A stretch of DNA of 64,000 bases from assembly GCA_977016875.1 (NCBI GenBank), contig CDRNST010000025.1, positions 1,364,001-1,428,000 on the forward strand, in the 5' to 3' direction. Position numbers and translations under genes: made by a program. The notes below the pieces were generated by a model that was not told where the DNA came from, ran no database searches, and saw only the letters and a list, made by a program, of their open reading frames with translations. Numbering within the stretch: position 1 is the stretch's first letter; the number at the start of each line of letters is the position of its first letter. Below, one piece after another: positions 13,079-24,918 of this stretch. The DNA comes from Pavona decussata. Lineage: Eukaryota.

Positions 13079-14371
13079 ACTCCAGATATTGATCTCACCC
13101 ACCCAGCCACCCAACCCAACATCTACACCTACACTCGCACATGAAAATTTCATGCAATGATGTACTTTGGTGAAAAACCAACCAACCAACAAAATAAAAC
13201 AAAATAGGCGTTTGTATGTTATAGGATGTTATCTATCTAAAGACTTGTATAACATGAATACTTGGTGATAAACTTGGACTGTGTATATGGGTGGTTTAAT
13301 ACATTGACAACTTCCTTAAACTGTCTTTAAATCAATGCTTGAAACCAATAGGCTCTTTTCGATCTATAAAAATTCAGCTTGAGAATGAGGCCAAGAAGAT
13401 ACAAGCAAATGAAATTTAATATTAAATCATGTTTATTCATTTCTGCTATTTGTGTCCTCTGGACCTCGATATCAAGCTCAATTTTAACACTTCGAGCCAA
13501 GACGTCTTTGATTGTTTAATTGTTCTTTTTGGTGTTGTATGAGTTGTGAAATGGTTTTCACCCATGACGTGGGATGGTTTATGACGAGAACGAAAGTGTC
13601 GATTATCTGTTTACAATTGAAACACTTGTTATCTTCATTAAGTTTTATGCATGCACATAAAAACATGAATAAGGTTATTGCAATTATTTTTCCACAAAGG
13701 AGAAAAGTAACGGAGTTAACCTCGCTTATCTTTCTTTTTTTAACCAATTTATTCGTTTTATGGTGGATCAAATTACATTAGTTCTGTTTGATCAGCACAA
13801 GACGTGTAATTTGTCTATATTTGAGGAGAAATAATTGTGGCAAACAGGAATGGCTTTAAGTTTAAACAGCTTATAAATCACGTAAAGAAATATACACAAG
13901 TGAAAGTCTGTATTTGTATGAATTATTTAAAAGTACAGGTAACTGTTTCATAGAAATCTTTTAATATTTTCATTTCAGCCAGTTTTGTTTCATCACGATG
14001 ATAATTCAAAACATCTTAATAATTCTTACCACCACCCCTATACGTTGGGAAGCTTAAAGGTGCCATATATGTAGACACACTGTCTCTTAAACTCCAAAAT
14101 AAGAACGAATCTGTAGTTTCGACCTTGGTAAGACAATGGATTAATTTTGATCGACAAAATAGGTCAAGTTTAAATATAACTACCGTTTCTATGCCTTTGT
14201 TATTCGTAAAACCCTGGAGATCGGTGAAATTAATATTTATTGTATGAAAAGACAATAGATTGACTCTGATTTCTCATTGCAGATATTTCGCCCTGTTGAC
14301 GGCTGTTAGGCTTTACACAAACAAATGTAAGGTCGCATTTATAATTTTACTGTTGATATAAACATAATGCA

Positions 14372-17300
14372 ATGAAGGTCAATCATCTACTAATGGTCAA
14401 GAGCCACACATCTCCAATGGCTTCAACTCCTGGGCGTCGAAGAATCAGTCCAACATTTTCTCACCTTTTCTCCGCGTGTTTCCTCATTTTAATTCTCGTT
14501 GTCCGCGTTTCAAACTTGCGCGCATACGAATCTGCATTGAAATCCCCAAAGCGGGCACAAAACTTGAATGGGGATTTCATAATTGGTGGATTGTTTCCGG
14601 TGTTTTTGAGCGAGAAAAATGCAACGAAATGTCAGGTTAATAACAATCGTTTTCAACATTTCACATCTCTTCGCGGCCGCACTGTCAGTTGCTACCGAAT
14701 GAACCTGTTTGGATTGATGTGGGTCGAAGCAATGTTATTTGCGATCGAGGAAATCAATAACAGCACAGAAATTCTCCCGAATGTGACCCTTGGATACGAC
14801 ATACGGGATAGCGCGAACGAGGTACAATTTGCGATGGATGCAGCTCTAGATTTCTCTTCGAGCGAAGACTTTGGCAGTAACAAAACGTGTTCTAATTCTT
14901 CCATAATTGCCGTAATTGGAGGAGCCGGTTCGAAAATATCGAAGGCGGCGGCGTTTATTCTGGGTGTTTCGTCCATTCCACAGATAAGCTACTCATCGAC
15001 GAGTCCTTCTCTCAGCAACAAAGCGAACTTTCCTTCGTTTTTGAGGACAATACCCCCTGATCATGTACAAGCGCAAGTCATGGCGGATCTAGTAACATTT
15101 TTCAACTGGACTTACGTATCGACGATAGCTACTGATGAGGATTACGGCCGGCTTGGTATTGAGGCGTTTAAACTTGAAATAAAGGCAAGAAATGTTTGTA
15201 TTTCTGTTGACGAGCTTTTTCACCCAGATTATACACTTCCCGAGACGAAAGCGCAAATTGCTCGCATTGTCAGTGAGCTCAAAGCGGACAAACTTGCAAA
15301 AGTAGTTGTGTTATTCTGCGAGATACCAAGTGCTCTAACGTTCTTGGAAGAAGCAGAGCGACAACACGTGGAGGGAAAAATTTGGATTGGGACGGATTCA
15401 TGGGGAGATAAGAAGTCTATTTTATCGTTTAGAGATTCAACAGTTGGTGGGATGTTGGCCATTGTACCAAGTAGAGGAAATATTGACAAATTTGAACAAC
15501 ATTTGACGAAGCTATCGCCACTGAACTCCAAGCACAATCCTTGGTTTGCAGACTTTTGGCAGGGAACGTATGGATGCAGAAAGGAGAAAAATACAATTCA
15601 ATGCGACGGTTTGAGGGAAAACAATACGGAAGCAAACGAACAAAATTGCTCGCATCGTCACGTGCGTTGTCCTGGCCTCTCGGGTGACAAGCTACCAAAC
15701 GCTGGCAGTTTGCAGTTAAACAAAGCAGCTAATGTGATGGATGCAGTTTATGCTATAGCTGTGGCTCTTGATGATATGATAAAATGCAAAGGGAGGAGAG
15801 GACATTTAGCAAATCACACTTGTGCAGTAACGAAAAACGGAGTCAAACCTCGAGAGCTTCTGGGTTACGTCAAGAATTTGTCATTTACAGGAAAGCTTGG
15901 TTTTCCGATCGTCTTCGACAAATATGGCGATATTAAAGGTTGGTAGATCATGTTTTCTTAAAAAAAAAAGTCTATTGACACACTTTTGTGGCCTTATTGA
16001 ATGCTTCACTGATCAACGCCGGAATTCATCCGGGGCATTCAACGGATTGTAAAATCTTTCAATATCTCGTGGTATATGGATTTAATTGCCTTCGTGATAT
16101 GCTACTCCATTTCTGAAAGCATCGAAGTAGGTCAATATCTGCACGTATTTTTGCATATAAATAGATCACATCTTAATATCACAAATAACTTGCCCTTAGC
16201 TCGTTGATACTGAGCCAGACTTCATTTTAACATGTGAAAATTCTTAGCAACGTGCTTACAAGTTTTTTTTAGAAACTCTATTGAATCTTATCTAGAAAAT
16301 TGAAATCACTACATTTGGATATCAATTATATACAAATACGGCTTTCAACATGGGATTTTTAATTTTTTATGTTCTATTTAAACGTATCATTTCATAACAT
16401 CTGCATGCATACATGTATTATTTTTCTTTGCAACATCAAGACAGGTGAACGAACGCAATTAAGGAAAGATTTTGTTTAGACTAAATGCCAGCATTTTCAT
16501 CTCTTTATTTCTCACAAAAGTTTCGTATTTGTGTATATCACAGCTACAGCTTTATCACCATATATCGGCAAATCGGTCGAGCCTTTTTATATCAGTAGAA
16601 GATTTCAGTTGGGAAAATCGTGTGGCTATTTTAACTCAACACAGCTTTTATGCAACAATATAATTTTGTTTTCTTGACTTTGCTTTACACGTTGAAGGTC
16701 ACTTTGAATAAATTTTACCTTAAACGTCTAAAAACAGACTAAAACAGAGAATCCCAAAAGGTTGGCGAATGTACTTTTACCAGACTCAGTTTTGGTGGCC
16801 TGGTTGAAATTTAAACGGCTATACTTTAACCAGGATCTAGATCTAAAACAAGGAGCGCTTATCATTTGAAATCATTTCATGTTGTTCCTTTCATCCTATT
16901 TTGACAGGAAATAATTATTATTGTTTGTTTGACATAACGGTTAAAATTTTTAATGTTTTTGGGGAACGTTTGGCATGAACCCATCAAAGTCCTTAGGCCC
17001 TTTGGCCAGCGGTTGGCCTCCTGGCGACCAAGCGCTTGCCAAAGAGCCTGAGGAGTCTGGCTACGAAACCACCAAATATCACCTCAGCGTGAGATCAACG
17101 GGCTGCATGTTTTGAGAACAAAACTAGTCTAAAAATTTCAACGCATATACGGTTTCCGAACAATTTATCAATAAAGCACGGCTTTATACACTCGGTACCA
17201 ATAAATTTGCCGCTTCTTTTTTTTAAAGGAAACTACTTGGTGAAAAGTTTGCAGCCGGCCCCAGACCTCGCTCATGGCAAGAAATTTATCACGCTTGGGA

Positions 17301-18487
17301 CCTGGGACTGGGCCACGCGCAAGCTTCATTTCGTCAACAAAACCAATATCTCTTGGAATGGTTGGAACCAAAAAGTTCCTTTCTCGCGTTGCAGTTCACC
17401 ATGTGAACCTGGGTACTACAAAGTTCAAGGCGATTTGCCATGCTGTTGGAAGTGCGTGGAATGTCCGTTTGGATCCATCACAAATACTACTGGCCAGGCA
17501 GCGTGCCATGCTTGTCCCCTAGGATTCGCCTCGAATGAGAACCACACTCTTTGCTTGAAGCTACCGGAAGTGTACCTTGAATGGGGTTCGAAAGCCGGAA
17601 GTGTGATTTTAGGCTTCTCGGGGATTGGTTTCTTGAGTTCCGTTTTTGTACTTGGAGCGTTTTACAGATATCGGAACAGCGCTGTAGTGAAAGCTTCAAC
17701 GCGCGAGTACTCGTTGCTAATTTTACTCATGATATCTTGCATGTTCTTGTTACCTCTCTTGCACTTAGGCCGAGCTACCGACGTAGTTTGCAAAGCGCAG
17801 CCATTCTGTTTCGCTTTCATTACTACCTTCTTGGCATCCCTTATGCTGACGAAAACCTTACGTCTTCTGCTTATTTTCAAAAAGAAAGCTCTCCCAGGAA
17901 AAGCTGGTTTTTACAGCATTCGCACGCAGCTGTTGATCCCGGTTCTTCTCACACTGGTTCTTATATCCGCCATTATCCCATGGGTGTTGTCATTTCCGCC
18001 GGAAGTAACCATGCACTACTACGAAACTCACGTCGGTATTGACTGCGGCGAGAAAGCGGACAAGCTGCTCATGATCATTTTGGGGTATGCCGCTGTCCTG
18101 GCTATACCATCGACGTATCTCGCCTACAGGGCTCGCAAATTGCCGGAGAATTTTAACGAGACGAGATTAATCGGTTTTACGATGTTCACCGTGTGTGTTA
18201 TCTGGATAATATTTGTCCCTTCGTACTACGACAGCGACGTACAAAACAGAAGTATTATTCTGTGCTTTGTTCTCATCACAACCGGCTTCACCACCCTCGT
18301 TTGCATGTTCTCCCCTCGTCTGCGAATCATCTTATTTCAACCTGAGAAAAATAAAACCGAGCTGGTGAGAGCCAGTATGTTCGATTATACAATGCGCGTG
18401 CGCAACGGATCGACCGCTGCTAAGCAACTTCGAAAAATGTCGGTCGTAACGATCGGAACTTTTTCTGTTCCACCTAAGGAATGCTAA
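14372..18487 (+). CDS. Class C GPCR (CaSR/mGluR-like), 2 coding exons: 14372-15938 and 17229-18487, about 941 aa
   Basis: Exon 1 encodes the Venus flytrap (GDFIIGGLFP, PQISYSSTS, FLRTIPPD, DEDYG). A phase-1 intron AAG|gttggt ... ttttaaag|GA rejoins the frame as DIKG-NYLV. Exon 2 encodes the cysteine-rich domain and 7TM (KLPENFNETRLIGFTM, FSPRLRIILFQPEKN). The true start may be the downstream Met (MASTPG). Confidence 0.95.
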
Positions 18488-18964
18488 TGATTCATACTTT
18501 AAAATCATTTTGTCACAAAATGAAGCTCAATGGATGTCGGAAAGAATTCATTAAATGGGAAGTATCACGAAAACTTGCTGGCATTTCAAAACCCAAAAAT
18601 GTTTGTCTGTCAGCAGAAACAACGAAATAATTGTCAAGTTTGTTATAAATTATCGACCCAGTGCAATAAAACTGTCGATTAGTGCCTCTGGCCAGAGACA
18701 GAGTAGGCCAGTATGGATTGAAACTTGAAAAATGTTAGGCTAAATATTTTTCAAGTTCTCATTTTTGTTTCCAAAATGCGCCAGAACAGATCACGAGTTG
18801 TTTCCAATAATTGAGTTGAATTCTTTCCTCTCGCCGTTCTAGAATTATTTGACAGCTGACTGAAGGTCTTACTTCATCATTTAAAAAAAAAGATATTAAT
18901 AGTTGTTGCAGCTATATTTTAAGCATAGTTTTGAACGAGGCAAGAGATTTTTAAAGTGTATTAT

Positions 18965-19310
18965 TTGCTCGATGAAATCTTCATGTTTTTCTCGTATGAA
19001 AATTCGAAAAAAAAATCCTTATCAAGTTTTCTTCCCTGCGTTTGAGGCGTATAAAAGTGTCAAATTTCACTTCCGGTTGGGTACGAAACCACGCAAAGCG
19101 GGAGACTGGGGATAGTACGGCTGTGACGTCAATACAAGAACGGTAGTCTCGCAATTTTTTTTATCCCCAGTCTCTCGTCTAACGCGGTATTGTACCCAAC
19201 AGGAAGTGAAATTTGACGCTTTTGTATACCTCAAACGCGGGATAGAAAAATTGATAAGGAATCTTTTTTTACGATTTTCATACGAGAACAACATGAAGAT
19301 TTGATCAAGC
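18965..19310. mobile_element. Palindromic (foldback) MITE-like element; partial copy at about 32030-32210
   Basis: aaatcttcatgtttttctcgtatgaaaattcg...tttcacttccggttgggtac mirrored by gtacccaacaggaagtgaaa...ttttcatacgagaacaacatgaagattt. Confidence 0.75.
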
Positions 19311-20298
19311 AGCTGAAAAGAATTCTCTCATACACACTTTAAAATCATTGTCTAACGAATTTAACTTCGTTGGATCCCAGGCACTGTTTGATAGCATGCA
19401 CGAAATTTCCAAGATGTCTTGTCCAAATTTTTATGTATGAAAAATTACGAGCAAGGCTGCTGCATGAAAGTCTGCTATTTGATCTCTGAGATGAAATCTG
19501 CTACGAAGGTTTAGGTTTAGGTGTTTATAAATAACTTGGTTAAATCGATTTTTCCATGGCGACGAAAAAAAAAAAAACCTCAAAATCAATCAATCCTATA
19601 CATTTATGAGCGATTCAGATATATTTTAGAAAAGCCAATACGAACACTTTAGCCTATATTACATAGGAAACAGAATGGACAAGAATAAAAAAAAATCTGT
19701 ATGTTTAATTTGATTTCAAATAAATTGAAAAACTTTGGAACCTGTCATAGTTCGATTGTAATAGTATGAGGTCCTAAAAATAAGCAATTTGTATGAATGA
19801 CTTCAAAACAATGCCAAAATGCTGAAAATGTGTCCTAAAGTTACTGTTTGAAGCCAAGAAAGTTTTGTCGCGATCTCGAGAAAGGGTTTTTCCCGAGATG
19901 GTTAGGTGAGAATTTTCTTGAAATCCTCGAATTCGTTGCCTATTTGCAAAAATCTCAGGAATGGCTCGAGACCTTGACTACGCATGCCCGATAATGTGAT
20001 AAATTTTATTTCAAATATTTATCAGGAATTTATTTCTGGAACACTTTCAAATTTCACGAGATTGGAGAGTACGAAATCTAAGTGTGCGACATTCCGGGTA
20101 GCAGGTTTTGCTTTAAACATTTACTATATACAGTGTTTAATACTGTGCTACCTCTTAATTGGGTTGATGCAATGTAAAACCTGCAAAACTGTTACAAGAA
20201 TGGCGTTCGCATTAACTTGACAAAACAGCCCATTTTACAGTTGGGTGCTTAGTGACCTGGCCTTAGATTGGAGGCGAGGCTGGGGTGATCTTGTTTCC

Positions 20299-20677
20299 AT
20301 TGCCTGATTTCAAACCGTGGGGGTCTGGGTACGAGTCTGTGTATTATGGGTTATGGGACTCAACACCCACATATAGCCGGAAAGAGCACATCGAACTTTA
20401 TAACATCCTCAAGTTTGGTGTCAATCAAGCTAATATTAGACGAGATACAGCCATTCAAAAACTTAAAAATTTTCTAAGAATCCGGCGTTCCATACATTTC
20501 TTAGTAAAATTTGGAGTTTTTGAATGGCTGTATCTTTCCTAATATTAGCTTGATTAACACCAAACTTGGAAATGTTGTACAGTGCGGTGTGCTCTTTCCG
20601 GCTATGTGGGTGTTGAGTCCCATAGCCCATAATACACAGACTCGTACCCAGACCCCCACGGTATGAAATCAGGCAAT
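20299..20677. mobile_element. Foldback element with about 175-bp inverted arms
   Basis: attgcctgatttcaaaccgtgggggtctgggtacgagtctgtgtattatggg... mirrored by ...cccataatacacagactcgtacccagacccccacggtatgaaatcaggcaat. Confidence 0.85.
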
Positions 20678-20743
20678 ACAAACCTCAGTGCTTTTCATAA
20701 TGTACATCATGCTGTTCTTATGCCAACTAGTTTGCATTTATCA

Positions 20744-21341
20744 AATGGAAGAAAGATCCTCGCAGTTAGTACGCAACTTAAGCAGTTGCGAAAAGAAAGC
20801 CTGAAAAAAAATTCAGGCTTCAGGGGCCTGTTTCTCGAAAGTCCCGGTAACTTACCGGGCCCGAGAAGTATATTTGTAAATGTAAAATTCAGTGATAAAC
20901 TGTGTTTGCAAGGACCACCGTGACAAAATAAAAGTACCGGATCCTGTAGTGAAGGATCTAATCAGCAAAAAAATTGTAAAGCAAATAATCTAACAAAAGA
21001 GCAAGGCTGATTTCACGGTCAGGGAAGTATATACTTCCCTGACCGTGAAATCAGCCTTGCTCTTTTGTTAGAATATTTGTAAATGTTTTTTCGCTAAATT
21101 ACACAGTGAATACAGACATGATACTTGACCAATGTTTTCATCGAATTATAAGATTTTAAAATTTAGTATTCAAAGCTAACAAAAATTGACCTCTGTTAAG
21201 AAACATTTATCACCAAAGACACTTATCGGGCCCGGTAAGTTACCGGGACTTTCGAGAAACGGGTCCCAGGAACGGGTTTTTTCAGGCTTTTTTTTCAACT
21301 GCTTAAGTTGCATACTAACTGCGAGGATCTTTCTTTCATTT
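20744..21341. mobile_element. Three nested insertions: outer inverted repeat, Harbinger-type MITE (20824-21266, CAG TSD), inner hairpin insertion (20884-21072)
   Basis: Outer aaagatcctcgcagttagt/actaactgcgaggatcttt; TIR gggcctgtttctcgaaagtcccggtaacttaccgggcccga / tcgggcccggtaagttaccgggactttcgagaaacgggtcc; 14-bp TSD atatttgtaaatgt around the inner insert. Confidence 0.8.
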
Positions 21342-21850
21342 GATCTTTCACCAGCAGTTCAAAATATATGTTTCATATATTTACATTCATATAGTTTGCA
21401 TTTCGCCTGAAAACAAATGACCTTTGCCGATACTGGTGCAGTGCTCTACCTCTACCGACCTATCAAGCGAACTGGGAGCTGGTCAGTTCTTTTTAGCTCG
21501 TGGAACCAGTGACACGGGTTATGGGATGCCTGTGACAGAAATTTGGATCACGGGTTTACAATAGGATATCCCATGGGAAGACAGTCATGCCTAATGGACA
21601 GGTGTCATTACATTGTTTATCGTAGCTTTTTCGGATAAGACTAGGCGTTATCGTAGTTTTTTCGGAAGAAACTCGGCTCCCGGTCCAACCTCGTTTCCAG
21701 AGTTTTTCCCTTGTAAATTAAGAAAGGCGGGAAATAAAAAATGAAAAAAATAAAATAAAATAAAAGTAAAGAAAGAAGAAAACAAATTTAAAAAACAGTT
21801 TCGTAACAGCTTCTTTTTCGATAAAATCGTCCAGATGTATTGTTTCAGCC

Positions 21851-22030
21851 AGTGATACAGGCATACTCGGAAAAAGAAAATCCGAGTGTCCCTATCAGGA
21901 GTCGAACCTAAGACCTTCCGATTACTAGTTCAGATGCTCTACCACCGAGCTACAGGAGACAAAAGACTATTAAACTCGGTTCAAATTGTAGAAAATGATC
22001 CTGCATAATGCTTGGATTGAATGTCGATGA
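21851..22030 (-). repeat. Solitary partial copy of the tRNA-derived repeat arrayed at 57752-58820
   Basis: acaggcatactcggaaaaaagaaaatccgagtgtccctatcaggagtcgaacctaagaccttccgattactagttc matches the array unit. Confidence 0.8.
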
Positions 22031-23901
22031 CGCGCGTATGTGATGTCGAAGGATTAAGGGATACCGATTGTCTTCCTCCACTTACTTACAAGCCCTTGAA
22101 GGTTATTGCTACTCTTTGAACTTTTTTCCAGTTTCAGCTGTAGTTGATTTAGTCACAAATTTCTGGGGAAAAAAGTTTACATGCTCGTATGTGGTCTAAT
22201 GCGGACCATGTAATTTATCGAAGAAACCAAAACATGGTGTTCTTTGATTGCATCTCGGTCTGATCAAGATAAAGGAAACTCGATAAATCGTTCACGTACG
22301 GATTAGTTTCAGCAAATTAATTGTTGTTGCTTTTTGCGAGGTAAGATAAATCAAGACAACTGAGATATGTTGCATTGTTTGGTTAGGCAACGGCGTCTTT
22401 TAATTTTTATCGGATTTGAAAAAAAATTGCCAGCAAGTCACAGTAATTGGGAGCTACTGCATACATGCCCCGTGATATGATATCTGCAAATTAAAATATT
22501 TATTTTTATCGCGTCTCATTGGATGAGAAAATAAGCCGGACAACTGATTGGCCAAGAAAGTTAAAAGAATTCCCGCGAACCAATGATTTCAAAGTGTGCC
22601 GTCCGCAAGCGCCACATTGGAACTTTCGCATATCTTCGAAAATCTGCGGAGAATTCGTCGCTCAGATGTGAAAAATGTTATCAGCATTTTAACCCCATTA
22701 CATTATGCATGCGGTTGGTATATTCATTTTCAGCTAAATTTGTTGTGAAGTCTCAAAGACAGGTGGTTTAATATTTATTGATTGTCAAAACAGAGCACAT
22801 GTTTAAAATGATGAGAACAGTAACTCAATCAGCGATGCTTCAAAAACACCCAGCGTAAAACATAGCTTATTTAATAGTGTAAGAAAAAAAGTAGTGGCGA
22901 AAAATATATATCCTTTTGGTGAATTAGTAAGATTAAATCGCACTCTCAGAATTATTTCTAAACAAATTATGGCATAAATTATTTACAGAACATTCAGTCC
23001 TGGGACTATTGAATTTACAGAGGCTTAAGAATATCTTATCTAAAGAAATATATTTTTAAAACATGCGGCTTAAATAGGTTTTTGTAGTAATTTAAATTAC
23101 ACATTCACTGTTAATATCATGGTGTTAAAAGTGTTTTAATTTTTGCTCAACCATTTTCTCGCTATGGAAATATTCATATTTTTGGCCATGTTTTATGGAT
23201 AGCATCATATACATGGAAATCTCTTGATAATCTTTCAGATGCTATCGCCGAAAACGCATGCAGATTTAAAATTTTAGAGCTTGTAAATTTATTCATGATT
23301 TGGCTAAAAGGGATTTCAAAGCTTTGTTTGATCAGATTATTTTCTGCTTTAATTTACAGACGAGTAAAAGCAAGGTGAAAGACATTTGAAAAAAAGTGGA
23401 AATAAAGACATTATAACCCTTAGCCCAGTACCATTAAAGTCACTGAAAACTCGAGTACAATTTAATTAGCATAATAAAAAGACAGCCTGCTTCACCCGCC
23501 TCTAAACGTGTCTGCACAAAAAAATACCTGTCATTATTACTGACAGCAAAATGATAAATTCAGTTTGGCCATTGTTAAGGCGTAACAGAGAATAAATTCT
23601 TTTGTGTAACCTTTGCAGAAACTATTCATTTTCGACTAGGGCTTACGTTTAGACAATTTTCCGCTCCGGCGAATTCTTGGGTTGACCGCAGAATGTCAAC
23701 ATGCGTGCTCGAGGGTTTTTAAAAACTGCAAGTGACTTGATTGAATGGTTTGACATCTCACGGATATTATTAACCCGAGAAAGTGCAAGGACAGGAACTT
23801 AACATTCGCGCGATTTAAGGCGAGGAAAAAGCACCGAGGTAGACATACAAGAGATGAATTGAACGTCTTAATTACTCGTTCAAGCGACGCGAGATTGAAA
23901 A

Positions 23902-24918
23902 ATGGCAATTGTCATGAAGACCTTTCATTTTTTCGTGTACAGCTTGTTAATTTATGGCTTTTTTCAAGACAAACTCGCCAAAATCGGTGCCGAAGATCCG
24001 GCGCTTGGGAGGAAAGTAAACAAAGCTAGCGGACAAGAGAGAAATATCCTGATTTTGAACGAACAGTTCGCTGATGTACGTGTCAAAAGAGAAACAGATA
24101 GGAGAGCTGGCGTTGGGAAAGCGGAATTGCATTCAACTATTGACGACGAAGACGGCCAGTTTGAAGAAAACGGGGATTTAGGAAGCGGTAAGACAATGAA
24201 CATACAAGGTGACGATCCCGGTGATCAAAATTTGGACGCGAGGAGCGTTAACTCAAAACCAGAATTAAACGGTACTGCGTTACAAGTAAGCGACCTGAAG
24301 ACTTCAACAGCGAATGTTTATTCGACGATTGTTTTGACAATCGGCTCATGGACGACGTCCAATGTGATTAAAACTACAAAATTCGTTCATGATGTAAATA
24401 TAACTAGTTTTGCGACTGCAGTGGCTGCCACTGCTACTACAACTCCGCTTTTAATCACGGCACACCGCGTCAGCGCCGTTGTACAGAATACAGCTGATAT
24501 CGAAGCGAGTGTATTGTCAAGCGTGAAAAGTTCTTCTCGCGAATCCATTATATCGACTCGTGACAGCACACGAGCGTCGGTTAAGCCATCATCTGTTTTG
24601 GTTTTAAGCTCGTCAAGCGCGAGTCCAACAGCGCTAACTACAAAACAACCCAGCACAGTTGAGACGACAACGAAGGAAAGCAACGGTGTACAGAATCAGA
24701 AAGACCCTTCGCCGAAGCGAGAAGAAAAGAAAACTTTATTTGGATTTGTGACGATTGAAATCCTTGTTGCCCTGCTTGCTGGTGCTGCGTGTGCCGTAAT
24801 ACTGCTCATATTTCTGGTTCATCGCTTGAAAAAGCGCAATGAAGGCAGTTACGAGCTTCAGGAAACGCTAATGTTGAAATCAAGCGGTTATGCCGAGGAA
24901 AAAGAGGTTTTCGTATAA
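23902..24918 (+). CDS. Syndecan-like single-pass membrane proteoglycan, single coding exon, 338 aa
   Basis: Signal peptide; RVKR furin-type site; acidic Ser-Gly site (DDEDGQFEENGDLGSG); Ser/Thr-rich mucin stalk; TM helix; juxtamembrane RLKKRNEGSY (syndecan C1-like RMKKKDEGSY); C-terminal EVFV PDZ-type motif. Confidence 0.85.
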   Translation: MAIVMKTFHFFVYSLLIYGFFQDKLAKIGAEDPALGRKVNKASGQERNILILNEQFADVRVKRETDRRAGVGKAELHSTIDDEDGQFEENGDLGSGKTMNIQGDDPGDQNLDARSVNSKPELNGTALQVSDLKTSTANVYSTIVLTIGSWTTSNVIKTTKFVHDVNITSFATAVAATATTTPLLITAHRVSAVVQNTADIEASVLSSVKSSSRESIISTRDSTRASVKPSSVLVLSSSSASPTALTTKQPSTVETTTKESNGVQNQKDPSPKREEKKTLFGFVTIEILVALLAGAACAVILLIFLVHRLKKRNEGSYELQETLMLKSSGYAEEKEVFV

